Below, one piece after another: positions 9,341-19,170 of a stretch of 64,000 bases of DNA. A program made the translations under genes and the position numbers. How positions within the stretch are numbered: position 1 is the first letter of the stretch; every line of letters begins with the position of its first letter. The stretch comes from Elusimicrobiota bacterium (GTDB lineage Bacteria > Elusimicrobiota > Elusimicrobia > UBA1565 > JACRDR01). The notes below the pieces were generated by a model, which was given only the letters and a program-made list of their open reading frames with translations, did not search any database and was not told the origin of the DNA. The stretch is from contig JBGFSC010000049.1 of the NCBI GenBank assembly GCA_041694815.1, positions 49,281 through 113,280 on the forward strand, in the 5' to 3' direction.

Positions 9341-10675
9341 ATGTTGACTCTATTTGCCGTTTTAGCGAGCAGCGGCGTGCTCAAGAGCACGCCGGCAGCC
9401 ATAGCTCCGCCCGTCGTCCACGCGGAGGCAGCGGCGGAGCAGGGCTCGCCCTACCGGGAATTCGAGCGCAAACTCCGCCGATGGGAGCCGATCGAGGGCG
9501 CCGAGGCCTTGGACGCCTTCTACGACGGCTCCGCCTCCAAATCGCCATGGGGAGACCCGGTCGCCGGGCACAAACTGCGCATGATGTCGGAGCAGGCCTC
9601 TCCGGGGGACCCCGGCAAGGCCCTGGCCAAGCTTTTCGACGCCATCCTTCGACAAATAAAGACCGTTTACAGCCGCGGACTCTGGTCCTCCGAGGTCCAA
9701 GCCGTCGAGGGGGTGTTCGCGCAGGCCAGCGCGCGATACGAGGAATGGAAAAAGAACGGGGGAAACGGCACCCTCGATGAGAAATTCCGCGCCCTCAAGG
9801 AGGCCATGTCCTACCTGTCGGAGGTCTCGGCCACGCTGGAGGCGCTCGAAAATAAAGACAGCATAGAGCCGGAAAAAATCCGCATCCTGGACCAGCAGCT
9901 CAAGGCCCTGGCCATCGCCGTGGGCATTCCCCCGGTCGAGGCCCAGACCCTGGTGGCCGCGGCGATTTCCCGCGTGGCTCCTCCCCAAGAGATCCAAGGC
10001 GACATCCTCGGTCAGATCAGCGCCGCCCGCGGCTTCATGCGTCAGAATCAGCTACTCCAAAAATACTCGGACCGCCTGACCGCGCTCGAGACGGCGCTGC
10101 GCCTGGGCATGTTCAAGGACGCGCGCGCCATGGCCGAGCATTTCTTCGACGGCGCCAACCTCATCGACCAGTTCATGTTTCATCCGGCGGTCATCGTGAT
10201 GAGCGATCTGCTCGAGCAACTTAATCCCTTCGGCAACACCAACGGCATCTTCCTTTCCAACATCCAGATCCTCTCCTTGGAGCTGCATGCCTTCGGCGAC
10301 ATCAAGACGCCCGAGGATTTCGAGAGGCGGCGTCGGGACCTGGCGCGTGGCCTCGAGACGATCGGCGCCGTCGTGCCGTTGTCGGAGGCCGACGCCAAGC
10401 TCCTTGCCTCCGGCAGGGATTGGCAGCGCAACGGGGGCCTGATCCAGAGCATAGGCAATTTCACCGGCATGCTAGCGCCTACGGCCCTGTGGCTCAAGGG
10501 GCCGCTGCTCACGGTCGTGGGCCTGGGTGGGATTCTGCCGTTTTTCGGGAAATTCATCTACGGCTGGGGCAACCACCAGGAGCGCATCGCGCGAGGCGAC
10601 GATAGCCGCCCGGCGAAAAACCCCAAGCTCTGGGGCGAGCTGATCCGCAATCTCGCCCGCCGCTTCTTCCGCTAA
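9341..10675 (+). CDS. Hypothetical exported helical protein with C-terminal hydrophobic hairpin
   Basis: Long ORF with host-like codon use; N-terminal hydrophobic segment, coiled-coil middle, Gly-rich TM pair near the end; TGcTACAAT upstream. Confidence 0.65.
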   Translation: MLTLFAVLASSGVLKSTPAAIAPPVVHAEAAAEQGSPYREFERKLRRWEPIEGAEALDAFYDGSASKSPWGDPVAGHKLRMMSEQASPGDPGKALAKLFDAILRQIKTVYSRGLWSSEVQAVEGVFAQASARYEEWKKNGGNGTLDEKFRALKEAMSYLSEVSATLEALENKDSIEPEKIRILDQQLKALAIAVGIPPVEAQTLVAAAISRVAPPQEIQGDILGQISAARGFMRQNQLLQKYSDRLTALETALRLGMFKDARAMAEHFFDGANLIDQFMFHPAVIVMSDLLEQLNPFGNTNGIFLSNIQILSLELHAFGDIKTPEDFERRRRDLARGLETIGAVVPLSEADAKLLASGRDWQRNGGLIQSIGNFTGMLAPTALWLKGPLLTVVGLGGILPFFGKFIYGWGNHQERIARGDDSRPAKNPKLWGELIRNLARRFFR

Positions 10676-11589
10676 TTAGCGCCGAGCGGGAGCTCCACGA
10701 GCTCCGCGTCGGCCATCGTTTCCCGGACACCCGCCTGAAGCCGCGTCCGCGCCTCGATCGCCTCGCGGCGCAGCATCGCCAGGGCCAAGGGGCCGCCGAG
10801 CTTGGGCGAGTCGACGACGCTGGTGACTCGGCCGACCTCCTTGCCCCCCATAAACACCGCCGAGCCGGCGGCGACGTGGCGCGATAGGCGCAAGCCGGCG
10901 AGCCCGCGGTTGACGTGTCCGAAATTCTTGATTCGGGCCGTGGTCTCCTGACCCATGTAGCAGCCCTTGGTGAAGCTGATCGCGGATTCGAGATTCGCCT
11001 CGAGAGGCAGCGTCTCGGCGTCCGCGTCGACGCCGAAGGCGGGGATGCCGGCCTCCACTCGCAGTGTTTCCAAGGCCTCCGTGCCTGCCGCCATCCCGCC
11101 ATGATCCGTGAGCGCCGACTCCAGCGCCTTGCCGAGGGCCTCGTCGCCGAGCAGTACCTTTCCTGAAAGGCCGAAGTCAGGATAATCCAGGACATGCGCC
11201 GCCGCCCTCCCGCACGCGTGCGCGATCTCGGCGGCCTTCGGTCCGCCGATGAAGTATTTCCGCCAACGAACGCTCGAGTCCTCCATCACCGTGTCGCTGA
11301 GGATCAGCGGCTTCGACAAGGCGTCCATGACCGGCTTCGTCGCGGCGGGACGCTGCAGGGTCAGGAACTGCGAGCCCAGCTCGTAGAGCCACAGGTCGCC
11401 GACGAGCTTGCCCTTGGGGGTGAGCACGCAGGTCTTGAGGGCCCCCCCCGCCGCCATGGAGGCGACATCGTTGCTCATGAGCCCCTGCAGGAAGCGCTGG
11501 CGGTCCGGACCCTTGAAGGAGAGCACGCCCAGCTCGGGCTCGGCCAAAACGGCGCTCCGGCGGGCCGCGCGGTAGGCGGCTTCTTCCAT
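10672..11589 (-). CDS. YgfZ/GcvT family folate-binding protein
   Basis: GPDRQRFLQG and KGCYMGQE motifs. Confidence 0.92.
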   Translation of the reverse strand: MEEAAYRAARRSAVLAEPELGVLSFKGPDRQRFLQGLMSNDVASMAAGGALKTCVLTPKGKLVGDLWLYELGSQFLTLQRPAATKPVMDALSKPLILSDTVMEDSSVRWRKYFIGGPKAAEIAHACGRAAAHVLDYPDFGLSGKVLLGDEALGKALESALTDHGGMAAGTEALETLRVEAGIPAFGVDADAETLPLEANLESAISFTKGCYMGQETTARIKNFGHVNRGLAGLRLSRHVAAGSAVFMGGKEVGRVTSVVDSPKLGGPLALAMLRREAIEARTRLQAGVRETMADAELVELPLGAN

Positions 11590-12020
11590 CAGACGGGCTT
11601 CTGGGGTTTGGGCTCGCGCAGGGGAGCGCGGGTCTTGAGCGCCTTGTGCAGAGCGGCCAGGAGCTTTTCCTGGTTGATGGGCTTCGAGAGTATCTCGACG
11701 ACGTTGGGGTCCTGCTCGACCTGCTTGATGGCCGGGTCGCTGGCGTAGGCGGTGACGATGATGATGGGGATGGCCGGGCGCTTGGACTCGCGAATGCGCC
11801 TGAGCACCTCGAAGCCGGTGGTACCCCCAGGCAACATCAGGTCGAGCAGCAAGGCGTGGGGATTGCGCTCGAGGCGGCTTAAGGCGCGCTCGCCCGTCGC
11901 CGCGGTGTCCACCTTGAAGCCGTCGCGCTTGACGAGTATTTCGAGCAGGTTCAGGATCGACTCGTCGTCATCTACGATCAAGACGGTCTTGTTCTTCGGG
12001 TCGCCCGCGTCTTCAGCCAT
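11589..12020 (-). CDS. Stand-alone response regulator receiver protein
   Basis: VLIVDDD, LLDLMLP, VTA and KP motifs; TGcTACAAT 7 nt before ATG. Confidence 0.88.
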   Translation of the reverse strand: MAEDAGDPKNKTVLIVDDDESILNLLEILVKRDGFKVDTAATGERALSRLERNPHALLLDLMLPGGTTGFEVLRRIRESKRPAIPIIIVTAYASDPAIKQVEQDPNVVEILSKPINQEKLLAALHKALKTRAPLREPKPQKPV

Positions 12021-12041
12021 GGCGCGCATTGTAGCAACAAT

Positions 12042-12134
12042 GGGTGCCATGTATCCACTTTCTACACTTTCTTCACTTTCTCGATGAGAATCCGAGAATT
12101 TCAACAAAGTGGAGAAAGTGGATGCCTGGCACCC
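12042..12134. repeat. REP-like inverted repeat (29-bp arms, 3 mismatches)
   Basis: gggtgccatgtatccactttctacacttt ... aaagtggagaaagtggatgcctggcaccc. Confidence 0.8.
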
Positions 12135-12877
12135 TAAAGAAGCGATTCGAGGGCGTCGGTGAGCTCGTTGGAGAGGGGGTCGGTCTCGGGGCCGAAGCGC
12201 CCGGCCACTCGCCCGTCGCGAGCGACGAGGAACTTGGAGAAATTCCACGGTATCGCGCCGTTGTGGCCGGACTCCTGCGTGAGGAACGCGTAAAGCGGAT
12301 GCTGTTGAGGCCCCTTCACCGGGATCTTGGAGAAGAGCTCGAAGGAGACGTTATAGCGCGTCGAGCAAAACTGCTTGATCTCGGCATCGGCGCCCGGCTC
12401 CTGCGCGCCGAAATCGTTGGACGGGAAGGCCAGCACGCGCAGCCCCTTGTCCTTGTATTTGGCGTGCAGCATCTGCAGGGACGCGTATTGGGGCGTGAAG
12501 CCGCATTCCGAGGCCGTGTTCACGATAAGCAGGACCTGGCCCTTGTATTCCGCCATCGACTTAGCAGCGCCCTCGATAGTCTTCACCTCATAGGAATAAA
12601 TTTTTCCTGGAGCCGCCGTTTTCGTATCCATTCCTAATGTCTCCTTAATAAAGCGCCGCCAGCGCTCACGCAGGCCGAAGATGGCCCTGCCCACGGCCAG
12701 CCCCAGCCCGCCGGAGGCCTTGGCCGTGATCTCCCGCTCCAGGCAGCCGCGGCAGAGGCAGCCTTCTTGGGCCTCTAGTGGCATCGCCTTTGGCAGCTCG
12801 GCGCACCAGCATTTCGCCTCCTGGCGCCCGCATTCGAAGGCATCGCCGCAACGAACGCATTTCTCGCTGATCGCCAC
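12134..12877 (-). CDS. Glutathione peroxidase with N-terminal Cys-rich CWC-type domain
   Basis: NTASECGFTPQY, FPSNDFGAQEPG and WNFSKFL motifs; N-terminal C..C...F.C.....CWC...CLC..CL in the same frame. Confidence 0.85.
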   Translation of the reverse strand: MAISEKCVRCGDAFECGRQEAKCWCAELPKAMPLEAQEGCLCRGCLEREITAKASGGLGLAVGRAIFGLRERWRRFIKETLGMDTKTAAPGKIYSYEVKTIEGAAKSMAEYKGQVLLIVNTASECGFTPQYASLQMLHAKYKDKGLRVLAFPSNDFGAQEPGADAEIKQFCSTRYNVSFELFSKIPVKGPQQHPLYAFLTQESGHNGAIPWNFSKFLVARDGRVAGRFGPETDPLSNELTDALESLL

Positions 12878-13081
12878 GGCTCCATTATATACGAGAGCCG
12901 ACACGGCCCGAAAGGCCCAAGCCCATCCAAGTTGGAACTCAGGACTGCAAAAATGGATAAAAATGGCCTATTTTACATTCTATGACTCAATTTTTACGTA
13001 TTTTTGACGCCTTTCGGTTGCAAAAATGCCTCAAAAGGGCTATTCTATGCAGGTCGTGCATATTTGCCGCGAGGGGGAAAC

Positions 13082-15274
13082 ATGGCTCTACCGGAACGCA
13101 GCTTCGTCGAGGAAACGATCAAGACCCTGGCCAACGGGGGCGCGTTGAAAAACGGCGGCGGCGCGCATGAGGCGCGCACGCTGGCAGAGACATTCGGCAG
13201 CGCCACCTTCAGCAAGAAGGTGATGGCCAAGCATCTGAGCAAATCGGTTTACGAGAAGCTTCTCGATACGATCGAGAATAACGAGAAGCTCGACGTCGAG
13301 ATCGCCGACGAGGTTGCCCACGCCATGAAGGAGTGGGCCATTAGCCACGGCGCCACCCATTTCTGCCATTGGTTCCAGCCCCAGCGCGGCGTGACGGCCG
13401 AGAAACACGACGCTTTCTTAAGCATCGACCGCAACGGCGCCCCCATCCAGCGCTTCTCGGGCCGGCAGCTCATCCAGGGCGAGCCCGACGCCTCCTCCTT
13501 CCCCTCGGGAGGCATGCGGAGCACCTTCGAGGCGCGCGGCTACACGGCCTGGGACCCCACCTCGGCCGCCTTCCTCCTGCGTACCGGGAAAGCCGTGACC
13601 CTCGTCATCCCCAGCGTCTATCTCTCTTATACGGGAGAGGTGCTCGACATGAAGACGCCGCTTCTGCGCTCGCTGCACGCCATCGAGGAGCGCGCCTTGC
13701 GCGTGCTCAAGCTCTTCGGCAACCGCACGGCGAAGTACGTGCGCGTCACCGTGGGCCCGGAGCAGGAATACTTCCTCATCCCCAAGGAGCTCTACGCGCG
13801 GCGGCCCGACCTCATCTACTCGGGGCGTACGCTATTCGGCGCCAGCTCGGCCAAGCACCAACAGATGGAGGACCACTATTTCGGCTCGATCAAGCCTCGG
13901 GTGCTCGATTTCATGGCCGACGTCGACGCGGCGCTATTTGAGCGCGGCATCCCGGCCAAGACCCGGCATAACGAGGTCGCGCCCAACCAGTTCGAGATCG
14001 CGCCTATCTTCGAGGAGGCCAACCTCGCCATCGACCACAACCTCCAAGCGATGGAAATCATGCGCAAGATCGCCGACGACCACGGCTTGGCACTACTCTT
14101 GCACGAGAAGCCCTTCGCGGGCATCAACGGCAGCGGCAAGCACCTCAACTGGTCGATGATGGATTCCGACGGCAACAACCTGCTCGAGCCCGGGGCCGCC
14201 CCCAAGAAGAATATCCAGTTCCTTGTCTTCCTGTCGGCGATACTGGCCGGCGTGGAGAAATACGGCGCCCTACTGCGCACGGCGGTGGCCGACGCCGGCA
14301 ACGACCATCGGCTCGGGGCCAACGAGGCGCCGCCGGCCATCATGTCGGTGTACCTGGGCTCGTACCTCGACCGCCTCCTGGGGGAAATCGAGAAGGGCAG
14401 CTTCACCTCCGACACGGCCAAGGCCGCGCTGGATTTGGGCATCAAGCGCCTGCCCTCGGTGGTCTTCGATAATTCCGATCGAAACCGCACCTCCCCCATC
14501 GCCTTCACGGGCAACAAGTTCGAGTTCCGCGCGGTCGGCGCCTCCCAGAACTGCTCGGAGCCGGCCACCGCCTTGAACCTGGTGGTCGCCTACGGGCTCG
14601 ACGTCGTCTTGCAGAAGCTCGAAAAGGGCCTAGGCGAGGGCGACGTAACCGACAAGGCCCTCTCCGTCATCAAGGAAGTGGTGCGCGACACCAAGCGCGT
14701 GCGCTTCGAGGGCAACAATTACTCGGCCGAATGGCACAGGGAAGCCGCCAAGCGCGGGCTTTCCGCGGCCAAGAACACGCCGGCGGCCTTAGAGACCCTC
14801 GTCGAAAAGGACGTGGTGGCGCTCTACGAGAAGTACAAGGTGCTTACCAGCGGCGAGGTGCACGCCAAATACGAGATCAAGCTCGAGGCCTACGCCAAGA
14901 CCAAGGAGATCGAGCTGAAATTGCTCAAGGAGCTTAGCACGACCTACGCCTTGCCGGCCCTGGCGCGCTATATCAGCGAGCTCGGCCGGGCCGCCGAGGC
15001 GCTGGAGTCGGCCTCCAAGGGCGGCGGGAAATTGCTCAAGGCCAAGATCCAATACGGCGGCAAGCTGTTGGCGGCAATCGAGGATGGCGTCCGCTCGGTG
15101 GACTCGGTGTTGGAGAGCGACGAGACAAGCCTCGAGAAAAAGGCGAAGCTACTGGCCTCCAAGGGCGTCGACGCGCTTGCCGTGCTGCGCTCGGCCTGCG
15201 ACCACGCCGAGGAATTCGTCGAGCATCAGCTCTGGCCGCTGCCGAAGTATCGCGAGATGCTCTGTCTATTATAA
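13082..15274 (+). CDS. glnA: Glutamine synthetase type III
   Basis: HWFQP, AEKHD, EPDASSFPSGG, HEKPFAGINGSGKH, HRLGANEAPP and NRTSP..FTGNKFEFR motifs; 730 aa; gaggggg RBS. Confidence 0.95.
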   Translation: MALPERSFVEETIKTLANGGALKNGGGAHEARTLAETFGSATFSKKVMAKHLSKSVYEKLLDTIENNEKLDVEIADEVAHAMKEWAISHGATHFCHWFQPQRGVTAEKHDAFLSIDRNGAPIQRFSGRQLIQGEPDASSFPSGGMRSTFEARGYTAWDPTSAAFLLRTGKAVTLVIPSVYLSYTGEVLDMKTPLLRSLHAIEERALRVLKLFGNRTAKYVRVTVGPEQEYFLIPKELYARRPDLIYSGRTLFGASSAKHQQMEDHYFGSIKPRVLDFMADVDAALFERGIPAKTRHNEVAPNQFEIAPIFEEANLAIDHNLQAMEIMRKIADDHGLALLLHEKPFAGINGSGKHLNWSMMDSDGNNLLEPGAAPKKNIQFLVFLSAILAGVEKYGALLRTAVADAGNDHRLGANEAPPAIMSVYLGSYLDRLLGEIEKGSFTSDTAKAALDLGIKRLPSVVFDNSDRNRTSPIAFTGNKFEFRAVGASQNCSEPATALNLVVAYGLDVVLQKLEKGLGEGDVTDKALSVIKEVVRDTKRVRFEGNNYSAEWHREAAKRGLSAAKNTPAALETLVEKDVVALYEKYKVLTSGEVHAKYEIKLEAYAKTKEIELKLLKELSTTYALPALARYISELGRAAEALESASKGGGKLLKAKIQYGGKLLAAIEDGVRSVDSVLESDETSLEKKAKLLASKGVDALAVLRSACDHAEEFVEHQLWPLPKYREMLCLL

Positions 15275-15281
15275 AAAGTCT

Positions 15282-15321
15282 AAAGAAAACGCCCGGAGCC
15301 AAGCTTCGGGCGTTTTCTTTT
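15282..15321. terminator. Bidirectional intrinsic terminator
   Basis: aaagaaaacgcccggagc-caa-gcttcgggcgttttcttt between convergent genes. Confidence 0.85.
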
Positions 15322-15698
15322 CACCCGCCCTTGCAGCGGACTTTACGGCGGCATTCGGCTTCGATTTGGGATGCGAACGGCGCCGCCCCCGGCCTCATGC
15401 GCGCATCAACGCAGGCACGGACGGAGTCGACTATGCTTCCAGATCCTCCCGCGTATCCGTCCGCGTAACAAATCGGTATGCCCTTAGGCGCCTTAACTTC
15501 CCGAGAACATTCGGCCCTGCGCATGCCTAAAAAAGGCCCGCTCCCTGGCATGGAGCTGGCATCCACGCAAGCATTGATTGCTTCTTCAATAGAGCCGCCC
15601 GCATAGCCTTTAGCCGTATACACTCGAAAACCTTGCCGGGCGTCTGCAATGCCGCCCATCAGGAAGATTCCAAATACGATTGCTTTTTTTATCGCCAT
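15321..15698 (-). CDS. Small exported Cys-containing protein with two internal repeats
   Basis: ggaggtgggg RBS, signal peptide, two GYAGGS..ACVDA..PG..PF..AEC.R.V units. Confidence 0.7.
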   Translation of the reverse strand: MAIKKAIVFGIFLMGGIADARQGFRVYTAKGYAGGSIEEAINACVDASSMPGSGPFLGMRRAECSREVKAPKGIPICYADGYAGGSGSIVDSVRACVDARMRPGAAPFASQIEAECRRKVRCKGG

Positions 15699-15877
15699 CC
15701 CCACCTCCACCAAATTTAATCCTACTATAGAACGTCTCTGCTTTTTCAAAAAGAGGCTTAAGGCCTAATGCCTACAGTCTTTCGACCTAGGCCAAAAGGC
15801 CTAGACGCGTGAATATGCCCTTTTTAACGACTAATGGGAATAGACATTTACGCGCTTCGGGCGCGTAAAAGCTGCCG

Positions 15878-16420
15878 TTAACCGTTAGGATTATTGTCCG
15901 AGTCTTCGCCCTTGCGGCGCTCCTGCAGCGAATGCAGGATGAGGCCGACGAGCACGGTGCCGAGCACGCCAACCACGGCGATGGTCAAGAGGCCCGCCCC
16001 CAATACGGCTCCGACGGCGGGCCCGAAGACGGCGCCCCCGATGCCGGTGACGCCTAAAATGACGGCGAGCGCCCCCCCGACGGCCATGGCCGCGGCGAGC
16101 TTGGGATGCCGCTTATGGAATGGCTCCTTCTTTTCCCCATCGCCGCCGTCAGGGGGCGGCGCGGGCGGCTCTTCCCCGCCGGCCTCTCCCTCGCAGAATA
16201 CCGCCGGCATGGGCGAAGCCTTCCGTTGTTTTACCGGAGAAACGGAGAGCGGGGGCGTGCGCTTTAAACCGAAGTCCGAGGCCGGCGCGGCGCTCTCGGG
16301 CGCGGGGCGGCCTTCTCCGAACCGCAGCCCGGCGCCGTATTTAAGGGCCTCCGCGGACGGCTCGGCGGCGGCCGCCGTGGAAAGGAGCGCCGCGCTCAAT
16401 AGGGCATAAAGTCTATGCAT
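15878..16420 (-). CDS. Hypothetical exported protein with Gly-zipper TM hairpin
   Basis: Signal peptide, RFGEG, Pro-rich linker, two Gly-rich hydrophobic helices. Confidence 0.65.
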   Translation of the reverse strand: MHRLYALLSAALLSTAAAAEPSAEALKYGAGLRFGEGRPAPESAAPASDFGLKRTPPLSVSPVKQRKASPMPAVFCEGEAGGEEPPAPPPDGGDGEKKEPFHKRHPKLAAAMAVGGALAVILGVTGIGGAVFGPAVGAVLGAGLLTIAVVGVLGTVLVGLILHSLQERRKGEDSDNNPNG

Positions 16421-16505
16421 CGACACTTTCTCCGAGTCTCATTGTATCGCAAAGGCTCAAAAACGTCATGGGCTGATGGTCCCACGCCCGGACAGGGCCT
16501 TCGGA

Positions 16506-17681
16506 CTACAGTTTAAACCTCTCCTCGGCGCTGTCGGAGCGCCCGTTTTCGGGCTTGGCCGCCTCCGCGGCCGGGGCCGACAGCACCCGTTTGAGCTTCT
16601 CCATGGCCGCCCGATTGACCTCCTGGATGCCGATTCTCCAAACCCGGACCGTCGTGTCATCGCTGGCGGTCACCAGCTGGGAGCCGTCCCGGCTGAAGGC
16701 GGCCGACCAAACGGTGCCCTCGTGCCCTTCGAAGCTTTCGAGCAGGGCCGCCGTCTTCGCGTCCCAGACCAGCACCCGGGCGTCCGCCCCGGCCGTCACG
16801 ATCCACTCTCCTTTGGGATCGAATCGGGCGCTTGTGACGGGGCCGGAATGCCCGCGCAGGGTTTGGAAGGGCTTTCCCGACTCGGCGTCCCAAACGATCG
16901 CCAGCTGATCCGCGCCGGCGGTGACGATCCTGGTCCCATCGGGGCTGAAAGAGGCGAAGTTGACGAAATCCGCATGGCCCTTGAATTCGCGGATCTTTTG
17001 CCCCGTCTGTGCGTCCCAGAGCGCCGCGGTTTTATCCCAACTGGCCGTGAGAACCTTCGCACCGTCCGGGCTAAAGCAGGCGTAGCGTACGGGAGCCTTA
17101 TGGCCCTTAAGCTCCAGTTTCTTCTGCGCCCCGGGCATCCAAATCACCGCCTTGTGATTAGACTGGGCCAACACGATCTTGGTTCCGTCGGGGCTGAACT
17201 CGGCCGAATGGACTGTGATCGGAGATGACAATATTCCTTTTTGAACGAGCGATCTCTTTGAGAGCGACGCCCAGAGGTATTGCAACTTGTCCCATACTAC
17301 GACTTGCCCATCATCGGTGGCCGCCACCAGCTCTCCGGTACTCATGCCGATGTGGAGAATTTTCCCCCTAAAGCCATTGCGTTCATAGTTCGAAGCGCCG
17401 CCGCCTCGAAGGTCTCTCCTATGAATGGAGTTGCCCTGCACAAACAACAGTTCAGCCCCATCCGGTGTCAAGATGGCCGAATATACGGGCGCCCCCCGGC
17501 CGACGTTGCTCTTGATGACTTGCACCCTCGGGAGTTGCCCCGTCAGCGCCTCATCCAAGGCGCCCTGATGAGAAGCCGCCAAACGCGCGCGATTGTCGAA
17601 AAGCGAGGCCAGCTCCTCCGGCGAGCTCAGATCGTCCGCGAAGGCGCTCGCCGAAAAGAGCCAAAGGAGAAGCGCGATCAT
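16506..17681 (-). CDS. Exported WD40 repeat protein
   Basis: Canonical GH....FSPDG...TAS.D....WD repeats; ATGA overlap with upstream stop; ends AEERFKL. Confidence 0.9.
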   Translation of the reverse strand: MIALLLWLFSASAFADDLSSPEELASLFDNRARLAASHQGALDEALTGQLPRVQVIKSNVGRGAPVYSAILTPDGAELLFVQGNSIHRRDLRGGGASNYERNGFRGKILHIGMSTGELVAATDDGQVVVWDKLQYLWASLSKRSLVQKGILSSPITVHSAEFSPDGTKIVLAQSNHKAVIWMPGAQKKLELKGHKAPVRYACFSPDGAKVLTASWDKTAALWDAQTGQKIREFKGHADFVNFASFSPDGTRIVTAGADQLAIVWDAESGKPFQTLRGHSGPVTSARFDPKGEWIVTAGADARVLVWDAKTAALLESFEGHEGTVWSAAFSRDGSQLVTASDDTTVRVWRIGIQEVNRAAMEKLKRVLSAPAAEAAKPENGRSDSAEERFKL

Positions 17682-18400
17682 CGCCGATCCAGCCATCGCC
17701 CGAATTTTTGTCCCGCTTCGTATAGCACGGCGCTCAGGGGAAGCGCGGACATCAGACAAGCCCTTAAGAACATGAACTTAATCTGAGGAATAACGCGCCT
17801 GGCGTACTGAGCCTCAATGTACAGACTCAAGTGCCGCCCCACCAAGGCGGTGACGACGGCACCTATAGCCAGATACGGCGCAGTTCCCACAAGGAGCTGC
17901 CCGCTGATCGGCGCGGCCGAACCAGGACAGGTAGCCATTCCCGCAATGCCGCCAATGATGAGCGAAACGCCCAATTCGAAGGGGTCGTAGGGCTGCTTCC
18001 GAACTTTGCGGCTGATGCCCATCATGGAGATAAACGTAGCGGCGACTCCGCAGGCCAACAGCACCCTAAGGATATCGCCGGTCGCGGGCATTACCGCGAT
18101 CAGCACTGCAGCGGACGCGATCCCGCCTAGTCCGGCCCCGAGCTTTGACCATCGATTTTCCTCCTTGGGCCATTCCCGCCGTCGGGTCGGCAGCGAGGGC
18201 GCGGGGACCGCGGCGGCCTTGGCGGCGATTACAGGAGCCGCCGTCGGCGCGGCGGCCAGAGCCACCGCGTCCACGCCTATCGCAGGGACTACCTGCCCTT
18301 CGCCGAACGCAGCGCCGGAGGCGACCTTAGCCTCCTCCAAAGAGCCGCAAACGCCGGCGGCGGGCAGCAGCAACGAGATCGCGAGAATAGGCGCCTTCAT
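17678..18400 (-). CDS. Exported multi-TM membrane protein, paralog 3 (PSLPTRRREWPKEE family)
   Basis: Signal peptide and motifs shared with the two upstream genes; ATGA overlaps at both ends. Confidence 0.75.
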   Translation of the reverse strand: MKAPILAISLLLPAAGVCGSLEEAKVASGAAFGEGQVVPAIGVDAVALAAAPTAAPVIAAKAAAVPAPSLPTRRREWPKEENRWSKLGAGLGGIASAAVLIAVMPATGDILRVLLACGVAATFISMMGISRKVRKQPYDPFELGVSLIIGGIAGMATCPGSAAPISGQLLVGTAPYLAIGAVVTALVGRHLSLYIEAQYARRVIPQIKFMFLRACLMSALPLSAVLYEAGQKFGRWLDRR

Positions 18401-19170
18401 CTCGAATCCAACCAGCGGCCAAGCGCGGCGCCTAATTTCTTGCTGGCGACCGCCCCTGCGGCGGGCAGCGAAAAGACGCCGAACATCAAGCCCAACATCG
18501 GACCGAAGACGAGAAAGCCGAGCCCCGGTTTTACGGCTAGCCCCGTTCCCTGGACGGAGATACCCTTCAACAACAGGAAATTGATCCAGGCGGCGTTCGC
18601 CGCGCTGAACAAGAGGTACGCCGGCGGGATATCCAGACGGAAATGATTGATGATGACGAGACACGCCGCCCCTACGGCGCCGCTGGCGAGCGCATGCCAA
18701 TAGCCGTAGCCGTGTTTGGTGCCGCTCACCGCGGCCGCGAAACCCCCGGCAAGGCCGCTCCATACGAAAATGCGGGTCCAGAGATCGAAACTAGGAACGG
18801 CCCCGATCATGGAAGCGGCGGCGAGCCCGGCCGCGACCGCTCCGAGCGCCGCCCCGAGCTTCTTTAAGCGGTTCTCCTCCTTGGGCCAGTCCCTCCGGCG
18901 GGTGGGCAAGGAGGGCGGCGGGACGCTGACGCGGGGCGCGATAACGACGGGAACCCTCCTGCGAAAAATGGCAAGGCGAGCGGAAGCCGGCAGGGACGCG
19001 AGCAATGCCTGCTTCCCGCCGGCCGCCAGCGCCGCCAACTCGATGGGAGCAGCTCCTACGCCCCGTTTGTCCCCGAAAAGAGCTCCCGACTCATCCTTCG
19101 CCCCCTCTAAGGAATCGCAAAAACCGGCGATCGGAACCCCCAGGAGCATGCCTAAAAGTAAAATTCTCAT
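18397..19170 (-). CDS. Exported multi-TM membrane protein, paralog 2
   Basis: PSLPTRRRDWPKEENR and GRWLDSR motifs; ATGA overlaps. Confidence 0.75.
   Translation of the reverse strand: MRILLLGMLLGVPIAGFCDSLEGAKDESGALFGDKRGVGAAPIELAALAAGGKQALLASLPASARLAIFRRRVPVVIAPRVSVPPPSLPTRRRDWPKEENRLKKLGAALGAVAAGLAAASMIGAVPSFDLWTRIFVWSGLAGGFAAAVSGTKHGYGYWHALASGAVGAACLVIINHFRLDIPPAYLLFSAANAAWINFLLLKGISVQGTGLAVKPGLGFLVFGPMLGLMFGVFSLPAAGAVASKKLGAALGRWLDSR

Noticed and set aside
12940..13075. Sigma54 promoter or riboswitch upstream of glnA
   Set aside because: The region is AT-rich, but I could not find a correctly spaced GG-N10-GC site or a recognisable RNA motif.
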